A stretch of 64,000 nt of DNA from an uncultured Dehalococcoidia bacterium (GCA_964343265.1 CAYFIW010000002.1:823-64822); one strand, 5' to 3'; shown: positions 9,648 to 19,648, counted from the stretch's first letter. A program made the numbers and translations. The notes: generated by a model from the sequence alone, not told the origin.

Positions 9648-10337
9648 ATGGAAATTTCGATAGGAAGTCTTGTATCCGGTGCTCAGAAAGCAAGAGGTAT
9701 AGCTGTAGTAATAGATGTGTATAGGTGTTTTACTACAGAGGCGGTCGCATTTCAAAATGGTGCAAAAAAAATAATATTGGTCGCAGAGATTGAAGAAGCT
9801 CTATATCTCAAATCTAAAGGTGTTGGTGATTTGGTGATGGGCGAAGTGGGAGGTAGAAAACCGGATGGCTTTGATTTTGGAAATTCTCCATATGAGCTGA
9901 AAGATATAGATCTTTCTGGAAAGACCATCATCCAGTCGACTAGAGCTGGAACAGTAGGGGTCACTAATGTGTCAGGGGCCGAAATTATTTATGGAGGCTC
10001 TTTGGTCGTTGCCCAAGCCACTACCAAAGCAATTCTGTCTCAGAATCCAAGTCACGTTAGTTTGGTGGCAATGGGTTTGGAGGGTCGTATTAGATCGGAT
10101 GAAGATGAACAATGTGCTCTCTACTTACGTAATGTCCTACAGGGAAGGTTTCCTGACAAGAAAGCTGTCAAATCATTGATTATGGCTGGGGAGGAATCTC
10201 AAAAATATGATGATTCGAATTTGATTCAGTGGCCAGTAGAAGATCGGACCATGGCACTTCAGATCGATTCGCATAATTTTGCTCTTAGGATAACTGTGGA
10301 AGATGGACAATACGTGTCCAGACCTGAATATGTATAA
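9648..10337 (+). CDS. 2-phosphosulfolactate phosphatase (ComB) family protein
   Basis: 229 aa. ComB-like N-terminus VVIDVYRCFTTEAVAF and FGNSPYE. Physiological substrate uncertain. Confidence 0.7.
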   Translation: MEISIGSLVSGAQKARGIAVVIDVYRCFTTEAVAFQNGAKKIILVAEIEEALYLKSKGVGDLVMGEVGGRKPDGFDFGNSPYELKDIDLSGKTIIQSTRAGTVGVTNVSGAEIIYGGSLVVAQATTKAILSQNPSHVSLVAMGLEGRIRSDEDEQCALYLRNVLQGRFPDKKAVKSLIMAGEESQKYDDSNLIQWPVEDRTMALQIDSHNFALRITVEDGQYVSRPEYV

Positions 10338-10359
10338 AGTTATTAGAAATAGGTGATCA

Positions 10360-11286
10360 ATGAAGTATCGAAAGTTAGGCAGCACCGGTTTGGAAATTTC
10401 TGAAGTTGGGCTGGGTACAAACAATTTCGGTGGAAGGCTGGATTATCAATCTTCGGACATGGTGATTAGCCAAGCGTTGGATGAAGGTATAAATTTTATT
10501 GATACCTCCAATAGCTATGGGAACTCTCTTTCAGAAGAATACATAGGTCGATCCCTTGAAGGTAGAAGGAATCAAGCAATCGTCGCGACAAAAGTATCTA
10601 GCAAGATGGGTGAAGGGCCTAATCAATCTGGCAATTCACGCCAACATATAATGGATCAAGTAGATAGAAGTCTTTTGAGGTTGAGGTCAGATCATATAGA
10701 TCTATACCAGATACATTGGTGGGATTCTGCTACACCTATTGAAGAAACATTGCTTGCCCTCAATGATTTGACTGTGAAGGGAAAGATTCGATATTTCGGT
10801 TGTTCCAACTTTAATGCTTGGCAAGTTTGCGAATCGCTGTGGACTTCTAGAGTTAGAAATATAAATTCATTTATAAGTGTTCAACCTCATTACAGTATGC
10901 TGGAAAGGAAAATAGAGGATGAGCTCCTGCCTTTTACAGAAAAGTACAATATTGGTGTGTTGCCTTATTTCCCGCTTGCAAATGGATTTTTAACAGGAAA
11001 ATACAGGAAGGGACATCCGTTTCCGACAGGAACTAGACTCGATGAAAGTAATACTAAAATATTTACTGATAAAAACTTCGAGTTATTGGAAAAGCTTATA
11101 GACTTTGCTGAAGACAGAGGAAGATCTGTTTTGGATCTCGCTTTTGCTTGGCTGTTGTTTAGAGAAAATGTCAGCTCTGTGATTGCAGGGGCGACTACGG
11201 CGGATCAAGTTAAATCGAATGCCCAGACTTCCGGGTGGAAACTTTCGTGTGAAGAGTACGAGACAATAAATTCATTAATCGGGTAA
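10360..11286 (+). CDS. Aldo/keto reductase
   Basis: 308 aa. MKYRKLGSTGLEISEVGLGT, DTSNSYG, IDLYQIHW, and GCSNF are typical AKR motifs. Confidence 0.88.
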   Translation: MKYRKLGSTGLEISEVGLGTNNFGGRLDYQSSDMVISQALDEGINFIDTSNSYGNSLSEEYIGRSLEGRRNQAIVATKVSSKMGEGPNQSGNSRQHIMDQVDRSLLRLRSDHIDLYQIHWWDSATPIEETLLALNDLTVKGKIRYFGCSNFNAWQVCESLWTSRVRNINSFISVQPHYSMLERKIEDELLPFTEKYNIGVLPYFPLANGFLTGKYRKGHPFPTGTRLDESNTKIFTDKNFELLEKLIDFAEDRGRSVLDLAFAWLLFRENVSSVIAGATTADQVKSNAQTSGWKLSCEEYETINSLIG

Positions 11287-11291
11287 TAGAG

Positions 11292-13283
11292 TTACTGGCG
11301 TCCTGTTAGTTTTGTTAGTGCATAAGCGCCTTTTGGGGCCAGAGACCCTACTATCCTGTTGCTAACTGATACAGGGAATAAGTTATTTTGTCTTCCTAAT
11401 ATATCCCAGATTATCGTTATCCCTAGCACTATAAACGAAATGAACATCGTCGTAAGCCCACTTATTGCTATTCCCTCTGTTAAAGAGTTAGTGGTCACGA
11501 TAAGTATTTCCTGAATTTTTTCAATTAAAAGAGAGCTAGTACGGTTGTATTGATCAATATTTTCTAAAGAAGTTCTGCCTACAGAGATGAGCTCAGTTTC
11601 AATGATTGGCAGTGCGACTGAATTAAAAATGGGACCCCAAACTAGCCATACAACAAATGAGGCTATTATGACTGCTGATGAGGACCAAGCAAGCCTGGCA
11701 GACCAAGTGTTTGCTCCTATGAGACCTATGACAATTGCTAGAAGTATACTAGGTGCATAAACGAAAAACTTTAGATTTTGGGCTATACCAAGGTATTTTC
11801 TGCTAAGGCCTATAGTTTCTATACTCTGATCGTTACCAGATTCGATTAAATCTTCTTCAAGGTCATAGTTAGAGTAATTTATGCCATTTGAAATGATGGT
11901 TCTTACTTGCTGAAATTGTTCCCAAGATTTTTCGCCACCTAAATTGATGAGCATTGTTTCTAAATCTTCGTCTGTGAATTCCCAACCATCAACTATTAAT
12001 TCCCTTATTTCAATCAAAGCTTCGGATACAGTGCCTCCTGCAATCGACTGTTTCTCAAGTATGTTTTCATTTAATTCTATTTCGTCTGGAATAGAATCTA
12101 TGATTCTGGGCCGAATTGAATTTAATACGTCTGTACGATATTGGTCAGTTAGATTTTTGATCCTGGATCTCATTCCAGACTCACTTGGATAGCATGTAAG
12201 AGTATTAAGGTTGCTGGACGTGAGAAGTGTCATCAAATCTTGCTCTGAGCAATCAGGTAGAAGTTCGAGTTTTTTATCAAATTTTTCTATTGCCATTGCC
12301 ACAAGTGAGTCAACTGCTAATTCTTTGTTTTCTGATATGTCGATAGAAAAATTTAGTGTTTCCTTATCTCCTACCAAATATTCAACCAGTTCATCAATGG
12401 CGTATTCAGCTTGCTCTTTTACCCATTCTGGGGGCGCAACCGTTTTTAAAATGTCGTTTATTTCCGATTCGCTTAGTTCTACTTGGTGGGGGAGAACGGT
12501 TATCTCGCCTATTGCTGATTTGATAACTGGACTTATTAATTCCGAGTAGACAAGGTTGTAATAATCGGTTTCTCTTAGTATTGATTTGAATTCAGAGGAG
12601 GCTATTTTGATTCTGTCGTCAAACAACACCAAGAAAGAAAAATTATCTTCCTCCCCAACTAAATACGGGATAATTTCATCTAGTGCGTTATCAGCTTGTT
12701 TAGATACCCATTGTTTTGTAGCCACAGCTTTGATTGCTATTAGTAATCGTTCCTCTGACACCTTGATTCCCAATGGCCATTCTTCTTGAACTGTATTTGC
12801 AGTAAGAGGTTTTATTTGTGAATCCATTATAAAGTCATGTAAGTTGCTATTTCTGATTAGAGATTTCAACTCCTCTGAAGCTTGTTTAGTCTGATCTCTG
12901 ATGGAAATATCTATTGTGAATTCATCAACATTATTGGTGAGATAATTTCCGACATCATTTACCTGGGATTCAACAGTTTCTTGTAACCACGTTGGAGTAA
13001 CTATTCTGTTCAACGAATCAACTATTTGTTTGTCAGACATATCGAGGGTGTTCAGAGCCATGCTTATATCAGGTTGGTCTGAATTAGATCTGGTTTCCTC
13101 CAACGTAGATAAAGGTACTTCATTTAATAGGAATGAGTACACACTGGATGAAGCCAAATTATCTAAATAAAATGGAGTAGTTATTAGATTTGACGCCGCA
13201 AAATGAGTTGTAGCTGAAATCTGAAAAAATAGAATCAGCAATAATATTAAAGGTATGGATATAAATCTTCTAAGCCATATCAT
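11292..13283 (-). CDS. Uncharacterised membrane protein: N-terminal TM/signal anchor, triple-repeat extracytoplasmic region, C-terminal multi-TM block
   Basis: 663 aa. Hydrophobic N-terminus RRFISIPLILLLILFFQI. Three ~93-aa repeats. C-terminal hydrophobic helices FFVYAPSILLAIVIGLIG, AVIIASFVVWLVWGPIF and GLTTMFISFIVLGITIIW. I recognise no family. Confidence 0.7.
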   Translation of the reverse strand: MIWLRRFISIPLILLLILFFQISATTHFAASNLITTPFYLDNLASSSVYSFLLNEVPLSTLEETRSNSDQPDISMALNTLDMSDKQIVDSLNRIVTPTWLQETVESQVNDVGNYLTNNVDEFTIDISIRDQTKQASEELKSLIRNSNLHDFIMDSQIKPLTANTVQEEWPLGIKVSEERLLIAIKAVATKQWVSKQADNALDEIIPYLVGEEDNFSFLVLFDDRIKIASSEFKSILRETDYYNLVYSELISPVIKSAIGEITVLPHQVELSESEINDILKTVAPPEWVKEQAEYAIDELVEYLVGDKETLNFSIDISENKELAVDSLVAMAIEKFDKKLELLPDCSEQDLMTLLTSSNLNTLTCYPSESGMRSRIKNLTDQYRTDVLNSIRPRIIDSIPDEIELNENILEKQSIAGGTVSEALIEIRELIVDGWEFTDEDLETMLINLGGEKSWEQFQQVRTIISNGINYSNYDLEEDLIESGNDQSIETIGLSRKYLGIAQNLKFFVYAPSILLAIVIGLIGANTWSARLAWSSSAVIIASFVVWLVWGPIFNSVALPIIETELISVGRTSLENIDQYNRTSSLLIEKIQEILIVTTNSLTEGIAISGLTTMFISFIVLGITIIWDILGRQNNLFPVSVSNRIVGSLAPKGAYALTKLTGRQ
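12264..13034 (-). repeat. Three tandem ~93-aa protein repeats inside the 663-aa membrane protein
   Basis: Repeat cores align by eye. Repeat 1: VTPTWLQETVESQVNDVGNYLTNNVDEFTIDISI..ASEELKSLI. Repeat 2: VATKQWVSKQADNALDEIIPYLVGEEDNFSFLVLF..ASSEFKSIL. Repeat 3: VAPPEWVKEQAEYAIDELVEYLVGDKETLNFSIDI..AVDSLVAMA. The conserved Trp sits at residues 99, 192 and 286. Confidence 0.7.
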
Positions 13284-13572
13284 GAATAATTTAGGACTAT
13301 TACATATACTGGTTATTATTGATAGCGTCAGCCATACAAAATTTGTTCAGATTAGTACGATTTGGATAAGCAGATGGGTGCTAAATACTTGTATAAATCT
13401 GAGGTCTCTTTTTTGTTAGGAAGGTTACAAAATATATGTATAGATAAATATCGGTGTGGTATCTCAAACCAATGAATTAGGGATGTTATTGGATAATAAT
13501 CTAAGAATTATTTTAAGGAGTTTCAGCAGCCTTTTTTGATTGAGGCCCACGGCCCCAATTGGGTTAAAAGCT

Positions 13573-13815
13573 TCAACCAACTCCGTGGAAACCAACTTCA
13601 ACGTTATCTGAGGTTACCATAACCGGTGTGATTCTCTCACCACCTGTTAATTTCTCTACTTTTTCCCACATTTCCGGTTGGAGTGCCAAATTGATTTCTT
13701 CGTAATCAACCGCTAGGTCTTCAAGTTCATCTTTCAATGCGTCAGAGTAAGTGCAATCAGGATGGGTATATAAGGTTATTGTGTCCGACAAATTTCCCTC
13801 GCTATATGTAGGCAT
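13573..13815 (-). CDS. Small glutaredoxin/thioredoxin-fold protein with a CxxS motif
   Basis: 80 aa. ITLYTHPDCTYSDALKDELEDLAVDYEEINL followed by ITPVMV is a glutaredoxin-like layout, with CTYS in place of CxxC. Confidence 0.6.
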   Translation of the reverse strand: MPTYSEGNLSDTITLYTHPDCTYSDALKDELEDLAVDYEEINLALQPEMWEKVEKLTGGERITPVMVTSDNVEVGFHGVG

Positions 13816-13996
13816 AGTTTAACCACTAGATACATGCTAATCGCATTTACTGTTTTACGCCACCTAAATACGAGAGATTGTTTTAAGTAGCTATTATGAT
13901 TTAACGGAAATTCGGTTTGTTATACGTCAGATACAGATATGATATGTAAAATGTTACTGTGGATTCGTAGTCATTAACAATATTAACGGTCAAGTT

Positions 13997-14350
13997 TTGA
14001 TAGATATGGAATATAGAAAATGTGTAAAACTAGATAAATCGTCAAAACAATTGGTGAATTCTAAAATTAGTGAGTATTTGACCTCCGTTAGTGAATGGGA
14101 TCTTTTATATGTGGATGATGCCCCAAGGATACGGAAGGTGTTTAGCTTTTCGTCTTATTCTGACGCATTCTCTTTCGTTTGCGCTGTATCCTCTGCCGCT
14201 GTGTTGGAGGACCATCACCCTAGGTTGATATTGGAATATTCTTCAGTGACAGCAGAATGGTGGACTCATTCCGTATCTGGACTACACGAAAATGATTTTA
14301 TTATGGCAGCTAAGACGGATGTCGCCTATCGTAGATTTTCATGTAGCTAA
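13997..14350 (+). CDS. Pterin-4a-carbinolamine dehydratase (PCD/DCoH family)
   Basis: Carries the PCD motif EDHHPRLILEYSSVTAEWWTHSVSGLHENDFIMAAKTD. The track start at 13997 is TTG. An ATG at 14006 is an alternative start. Confidence 0.8.
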   Translation: MIDMEYRKCVKLDKSSKQLVNSKISEYLTSVSEWDLLYVDDAPRIRKVFSFSSYSDAFSFVCAVSSAAVLEDHHPRLILEYSSVTAEWWTHSVSGLHENDFIMAAKTDVAYRRFSCS

Positions 14351-14452
14351 ATAGGGATTTAAATAAACATGGTGAAAGTGTGGTTGTATAATCGCAGGTG
14401 TACCATTTAATACCTTTTTATTATAAATCTAGTTAGTTATGGAAGATGTATC

Positions 14453-15106
14453 GTGCCAAAATATTATCCGGCTTTTATAGACGTAAATGAAAGAATATGT
14501 GTCGTTATTGGTGGTGGTTCTATGGGTGAGGAAAAGGCAGAAAAACTTCTTGCGTGCGGGGCTAGGGTCAGACTTATAAGCCCGACTCTTAACGTAGAAC
14601 TTTCTGAACTTGAGAAAAAGGGTGTTATTGAGTGGGTGCCGAGGAATTACCAGCAAGGTGATCTAGAAGGTGTTTTTATTGCCATACTGACAGTGACACA
14701 TGACTTAGATCTCAATAATCAAGTTTCAAAAGAGGCAACAGAACGTAACGTTCCTTTGAATGTTGTTGATGTCACCCATCTTTGTACATTTATAGCTCCT
14801 TCGGTCGCAATTAGGGGAGATGTGACAATTGCGACCTCAACAGGAGGAGCGAGTCCTGCTCTTGCTAGGACTTTTCGTGAGAAAATAGAGTCTGATTGCC
14901 CATGTAGGTTATTAGAATTTGCAGATTTGTCTAATATTTTATCTTGGGCAAGAGGTAGAGTTAGAGAGAATAATTGGTCAATCGAACCATCATTTTGGCA
15001 AAAATGTATAGACGTGGAATTAGTGGACCTCGTTCAGTCTGGCAAGGAAGATTTTGCAAAAGAAAAACTGATTACACGGCTTGAGAAAGGTGTAAGTAAG
15101 AGGTAA
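14453..15106 (+). CDS. Precorrin-2 dehydrogenase / sirohydrochlorin ferrochelatase (SirC/CysG N-terminal type)
   Basis: GTG start. Rossmann motif VVIGGGSMGEEKAEKLLACGARV. It heads a tetrapyrrole cluster. Confidence 0.8.
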   Translation: MPKYYPAFIDVNERICVVIGGGSMGEEKAEKLLACGARVRLISPTLNVELSELEKKGVIEWVPRNYQQGDLEGVFIAILTVTHDLDLNNQVSKEATERNVPLNVVDVTHLCTFIAPSVAIRGDVTIATSTGGASPALARTFREKIESDCPCRLLEFADLSNILSWARGRVRENNWSIEPSFWQKCIDVELVDLVQSGKEDFAKEKLITRLEKGVSKR

Positions 15107-15119
15107 TAAAGCTGGGAAC

Positions 15120-16040
15120 ATGTCATATGGACGTTCAATTAAGATAGCTGCAAGATCGAGCCCTTTGTCAATGGCTCAAGCGAAGGAAGTACTTGCGTTG
15201 TTATCCAGTGTTCATTGTGATGAAACTTTCGAGATAACACCTTTAGCAAGTGAGGGGGATATAAAGAAGAATGTTTCTCTTAATACTTTAGAGAGAGGGG
15301 TATTCGCTAAAAGGATAGAACAGGCATTGATTGATGGAGAGGCCGATATAGCCGTTCACAGTGCTAAAGATGTCCCCTCAGACATACCGGATGGCCTAGC
15401 TATAGCCGGATATACGAGGCGAATGGACCCTCGAGATGTCATAGTTCAACGTGAAGAATGCACGTTAGACGATCTACCTACCGGTTTCAGATTGGGAACT
15501 AGTAGTCAGCGTAGATCGTGCCAGATATTAAATTTGAGGCCAGATATCGATATTGTACCAATCAGAGGTAATGTAGATTCAAGGATAACTTTAATTGAAA
15601 AAGGCACTGTGGATGGGGTTGTACTTGGGGCTGCCGGATTGATGAGGCTTGGGAGATTAAATGAGATATCAAGTTTTTTATCTTTGCGACAATCAATACC
15701 TGACGTTGGTCAAGGTGCTTTGTTAGTTCAGTGCAGAAATGATGATATTCTGCCCTTAGTAAGTAGTTGCTTAGACTATAAAACTCAAATGGAAATCACA
15801 GCTGAACGTGCGTTCGTGTCTGCTATAGGAGGCTCTTGCACTTCACCAGTTGCAGCTTATGCTGAGACATTTGGCTCTCAAATTACTATAAGAGTAATGG
15901 CAGGTCTTGCTAACGGAACAAAAATATATACATCTGAAATCACTCAATCATTGGGTAATTTATATGAAGTCGGTGAGAATGCAGCAGTTGCTCTTTCCGA
16001 ATCGGGAGCTTCTGATCTGATTGGTGATATAGATGGATAA
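15120..16040 (+). CDS. hemC: Porphobilinogen deaminase (hydroxymethylbilane synthase)
   Basis: IKIAARSSPLSMAQAKEV, DIAVHSAKDVP, IRGNVDSRI, and the cofactor Cys context GGSCTSPVAAYA. Confidence 0.92.
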   Translation: MSYGRSIKIAARSSPLSMAQAKEVLALLSSVHCDETFEITPLASEGDIKKNVSLNTLERGVFAKRIEQALIDGEADIAVHSAKDVPSDIPDGLAIAGYTRRMDPRDVIVQREECTLDDLPTGFRLGTSSQRRSCQILNLRPDIDIVPIRGNVDSRITLIEKGTVDGVVLGAAGLMRLGRLNEISSFLSLRQSIPDVGQGALLVQCRNDDILPLVSSCLDYKTQMEITAERAFVSAIGGSCTSPVAAYAETFGSQITIRVMAGLANGTKIYTSEITQSLGNLYEVGENAAVALSESGASDLIGDIDG

Positions 16041-17556
16041 ATTTTCAGATCATAATCGCGTAGGGAAAGTCTATCTTGTTGGGTCTGGTCCGGGTAATCC
16101 CGGATTGCTTACTGTGCGTGCCAGATCTTTAATAGATTCTTGCGATGTAATTGTATATGACCGTTTAATCGGAAAAATCCTTTTAGATGAAATACACGCA
16201 AACCTGGAGTCTATATACGTTGGTAAGACTCCAGGTAAAGAATCATATTCACAAGAGCAAATTAATGAAATTTTGATCGAGGAAGCAAATAAAGGAAAGA
16301 GAGTTGTTCGATTAAAAGGAGGAGATCCGTTTGTTTTTGGCAGGGGCGCGGAGGAAGCAATAGCTTTACGGTCTGCCTCAATACCGTTTGAGGTAGTACC
16401 TGGAGTTACATCGGCGATATCAGCACCTGGCGCTGCAGGGATACCTGTTACGAACAGGGGTAGTGCCTCATATTTCTCTGTTGTGACAGCATCTGAGAAC
16501 TCCTCTAAAGGGGAAACAGACGTTGACTGGAAATCACTTGCGCAGGGTAAGCAGACATTAATAATATTGATGGGGTCTAAAAAGATTGATTCTATATCTG
16601 AAAATTTGATTAATTTGGGCCGATCACCTCAAACCCCTGCTTCAGTTATTCAATCGGCCACACTCCCTGAACAGAATCAAGTTTATGGCACTTTGTCGAC
16701 AATATCGGAAGAGGCGCGTAGGGGAAATATTTCGGCACCGTCTGTATTTATTGTTGGGGAAGTTGTATCTGTCGCAGCAGAAATTTCACAGCAAAACATA
16801 TTGCCTCTTTATCAAAAAAAAATTCTTGTGACCAGATCTAGAGAACAAGCAAGCGTTTTGTCTGATTTATTGTCTGATATGGGAGCGATTCCGATTGAGG
16901 CCCCAACTATTAGGTGTATTCCACCGGCTAATTTTGATGAACTAGACAATGCTATGTCGAACCTACATCGATTCGATTGGGTGATATATGCCAGTACTAA
17001 TTCTGTAGAATATTTTTTTCAGAGACTCTTTGCTAACGGGTTAGATGTGAGATCTCTTGCAGGACTTAAGATAGCCGCTATTGGTGGATCGACAAAAGAA
17101 GCCTTAACTGCGAGGGGTGTTATTCCTGACCTTGTTCCCAAAAACTCATCATCTAAATCTTTAGTAGATGCCTTTAGATTAGAAGGAAACTCAGAGGATT
17201 CAATTCTTTTACCCAGGCCAAAAATAGCTACGGATATTCTCCCAAAAGGATTGCGTCAATTAGGGTTTAATGTAGAAAGTGTAGAGGCTTATGTTACTGA
17301 AATACCTTATGAATCAGGTGACTATATCAAGTCATTATTTTTAAAAGGCGTGGATATTGTTACCTTCACGAGTTCATCTACAGTAAGGAATTTGTTTGCT
17401 ACAGGTGTAACAATTCCAGAAGATTGTGTTACCGCTTGCATAGGTCCGATGACTGCCAAAACCTTACAAGAATTTGATGTCAAACCAGATGTGGTGGCAG
17501 ATGTACATGATGTAAATGGGTTGGCTAAATCAATCGTGGGATATTACCAAACTTAA
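16033..17556 (+). CDS. cobA-hemD: Fused uroporphyrinogen-III C-methyltransferase / uroporphyrinogen-III synthase
   Basis: 507 aa. N-terminal half carries VYLVGSGPGNPGLLTVRA...RLKGGDPFVFGRG...VPGVTS (SUMT). The C-terminal ~250 aa are HemD-like. Overlaps hemC by 8 nt. Confidence 0.9.
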   Translation: MDKFSDHNRVGKVYLVGSGPGNPGLLTVRARSLIDSCDVIVYDRLIGKILLDEIHANLESIYVGKTPGKESYSQEQINEILIEEANKGKRVVRLKGGDPFVFGRGAEEAIALRSASIPFEVVPGVTSAISAPGAAGIPVTNRGSASYFSVVTASENSSKGETDVDWKSLAQGKQTLIILMGSKKIDSISENLINLGRSPQTPASVIQSATLPEQNQVYGTLSTISEEARRGNISAPSVFIVGEVVSVAAEISQQNILPLYQKKILVTRSREQASVLSDLLSDMGAIPIEAPTIRCIPPANFDELDNAMSNLHRFDWVIYASTNSVEYFFQRLFANGLDVRSLAGLKIAAIGGSTKEALTARGVIPDLVPKNSSSKSLVDAFRLEGNSEDSILLPRPKIATDILPKGLRQLGFNVESVEAYVTEIPYESGDYIKSLFLKGVDIVTFTSSSTVRNLFATGVTIPEDCVTACIGPMTAKTLQEFDVKPDVVADVHDVNGLAKSIVGYYQT

Positions 17557-17583
17557 TGCCATAAGTCGTATGGAGGGTAGTAC

Positions 17584-18543
17584 ATGAAACTAAGGAGATT
17601 GAGGCAAAATAGTACCTTATTGAATCTTGTGTCCGAGACTCGTTTTTCAGTAGATGAGTTGATATACCCAATTTTTGTGAGGCATGGAATCAATCAAAAA
17701 GTGCCTATTGAACCTATGCCGGGTATTTTTCAATTTTCAGTAGATCAATTATCTTACGAAATTGAAGAGTTGAGAATATTAGGGATTAGGTCGGTTCTAC
17801 TTTTTGGTATACCAGAGGAAAAGGATTCTATAGGAAAGGAGGCTTTTTCCCAATCTGGTGTAATCCAGAGAGCAATTAAGGAAATTAAAAGAATTGACCC
17901 AGCGATGTTGGTCATAACAGATGTTTGTTTATGTGATTACACTGATCATGGACATTGTGGTGTTCTAAATGGCGATTATGTTGACAACGCTTTGACTTTA
18001 CCACTTCTAGCAGAAATGGCGATTTCCCATGCAGAATTTGGCGCAGACGTTGTGGCACCATCTGCCATGATGGATGGTCAAGTTGGAGCAATTAGAGAGG
18101 CTTTAGACCAGCAAAGTCTCGAATTAACATCAATTATGTCGTACTCAGCAAAATTTGCATCTGGATTTTATGGTCCGTTCAGAGTTGCAGCTGAATCTGC
18201 ACCGCAATTTGGTGACCGAACTTCATATCAAATGGATGTTGCAAATAGAAGGCAGGCGATGCTTGAGATTCAACAAGACATTGAAGAAGGCGCAGATATT
18301 GTAATGGTGAAACCTGCTCTTGCTTTTTTGGATGTTTTGCATGAGGCCAAACAACGATTCAATGTACCAGTCGCTGCCTACAACGTTAGTGGAGAATATT
18401 CAATGGTGAAAGCTGCTTCAGAGAATGAATGGATTGATGGTTCACGGATATCTTCAGAAATTCTTATGTCTATAAAAAGAGCGGGAGCAGACATGATCAT
18501 TACTTATCATGCTAAGGAATTGGCCAGCATTATTGGGCGATGA
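17584..18543 (+). CDS. hemB: Porphobilinogen synthase (delta-aminolevulinate dehydratase), Cys-rich Zn-type site
   Basis: LIYPIFV, DVCLCDYTDHGHCG (Cys-rich metal site), and the Schiff-base Lys contexts MVKPA and SYSAKFAS. Confidence 0.95.
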   Translation: MKLRRLRQNSTLLNLVSETRFSVDELIYPIFVRHGINQKVPIEPMPGIFQFSVDQLSYEIEELRILGIRSVLLFGIPEEKDSIGKEAFSQSGVIQRAIKEIKRIDPAMLVITDVCLCDYTDHGHCGVLNGDYVDNALTLPLLAEMAISHAEFGADVVAPSAMMDGQVGAIREALDQQSLELTSIMSYSAKFASGFYGPFRVAAESAPQFGDRTSYQMDVANRRQAMLEIQQDIEEGADIVMVKPALAFLDVLHEAKQRFNVPVAAYNVSGEYSMVKAASENEWIDGSRISSEILMSIKRAGADMIITYHAKELASIIGR

Positions 18544-18550
18544 TATATCT

Positions 18551-18985
18551 CTAGTTGCGATCGAATAATGGCCACAATTTTCCAATAATGATTCCTTTTA
18601 TATTAGATAATGGTAGTGGCCCAAACATTCTGCTATCAACACCATGTACGTAGTTTCTGTAATCGCCTAAAACGAAAACATGTCCCAGTGGCACGACACA
18701 TTTGATCATTTCTGTGCCTTTAGTTTTAGGCATGTCTTCCAAATATGCTTCTTCATGTGTAGAGCCATTTATATAAATAGAGCCATCTTCAATTTTGACA
18801 GTATCACCGGGCAATCCAATTAATCTTTTAATTGACTTCCCGCCATATTGAGGTGGTAGATCAATTAAAAGTATTTTTTGTCTTTGTATAAAGGACCTAG
18901 CATTCCAACTTTTCACCATCAGCAAATCATTGTGTTTGTAGGTCGGTTCCATACTCCTGTTGATGACTTTGGCTATTAATATCAT
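18551..18985 (-). CDS. sodX: S26 signal-peptidase-like protease, probable Ni-SOD maturation protease
   Basis: 144 aa. Ser/Lys dyad motifs SMEPT and KRLIGLPGD, and GDYRNYVHGVDSRMFGP. Divergently adjacent to sodN. Confidence 0.75.
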   Translation of the reverse strand: MILIAKVINRSMEPTYKHNDLLMVKSWNARSFIQRQKILLIDLPPQYGGKSIKRLIGLPGDTVKIEDGSIYINGSTHEEAYLEDMPKTKGTEMIKCVVPLGHVFVLGDYRNYVHGVDSRMFGPLPLSNIKGIIIGKLWPLFDRN

Positions 18986-19148
18986 GGTGTAATGTTACGT
19001 CATCATCAATTGACACTTCATTATCTTTTGAGTCAACTTGCAGTGATAAGCTAATTTCATGTATCTTCTTTTAGCTAGGGTTTGTGCCGTTCTAAGGTGG
19101 GTTTAATAATTGAAAAAGTATCAAGTTAACTAACAAGGAAGGATTTAC

Positions 19149-19622
19149 ATGAAAATTATTTCATTACTAAAGAAAATGTCTCCAATTGTAGAAGCAAAAG
19201 CTCATTGCGATGTTCCATGTGGCATTTACGATCCAATCAGTGCCAAAATATCAGCTCAAACAGTTTTGAAGATGGCAGTAAGACTCGAGGCTGTTGATTT
19301 TTCAAGTGGGCCAGATGACGTCAATGTGCCTAACTCTGTAGCCCGGTATATTGCGGTTAAAGAGGAGCATGCACAGGGAGTTAAAAACGAACTCAACATA
19401 CTGTTGGCAGACTATTTTAAACCTGAACACCTTGCGGATTATCCAAATCTTCATGAATTGTTTTGGAATGCCAATAAATTGGCGGGAGCCAATAAACAAG
19501 GAGTCAGTTCTGCATCAGCAAAGGAGCTTGTCGATGCGGTGGATCAAATTGCCAAGATTTTTTGGGCAACGAAAGGCGTTGATTACAGTGATCCAAATGC
19601 AGACGTGAGATACGGATCCTAG
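19149..19622 (+). CDS. sodN: Nickel-containing superoxide dismutase precursor
   Basis: The Ni-hook motif HCDVPCGIYDP starts at residue 19 (His codon at 19203-19205). An 18-aa leader MKIISLLKKMSPIVEAKA precedes it. Confidence 0.92.
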   Translation: MKIISLLKKMSPIVEAKAHCDVPCGIYDPISAKISAQTVLKMAVRLEAVDFSSGPDDVNVPNSVARYIAVKEEHAQGVKNELNILLADYFKPEHLADYPNLHELFWNANKLAGANKQGVSSASAKELVDAVDQIAKIFWATKGVDYSDPNADVRYGS

Positions 19623-19648
19623 TACATTTCGCAATATTTAACGGAAGT

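Noticed and set aside
13540-13558. GC-rich hairpin TTGAGGCC-CAC-GGCCCCAA, 15 nt downstream of the glutaredoxin-like gene.
   Set aside because: The 3-nt loop is sterically tight. On the minus-strand transcript the stem is followed by an A-run rather than a U-tract. Not convincing as an intrinsic terminator.
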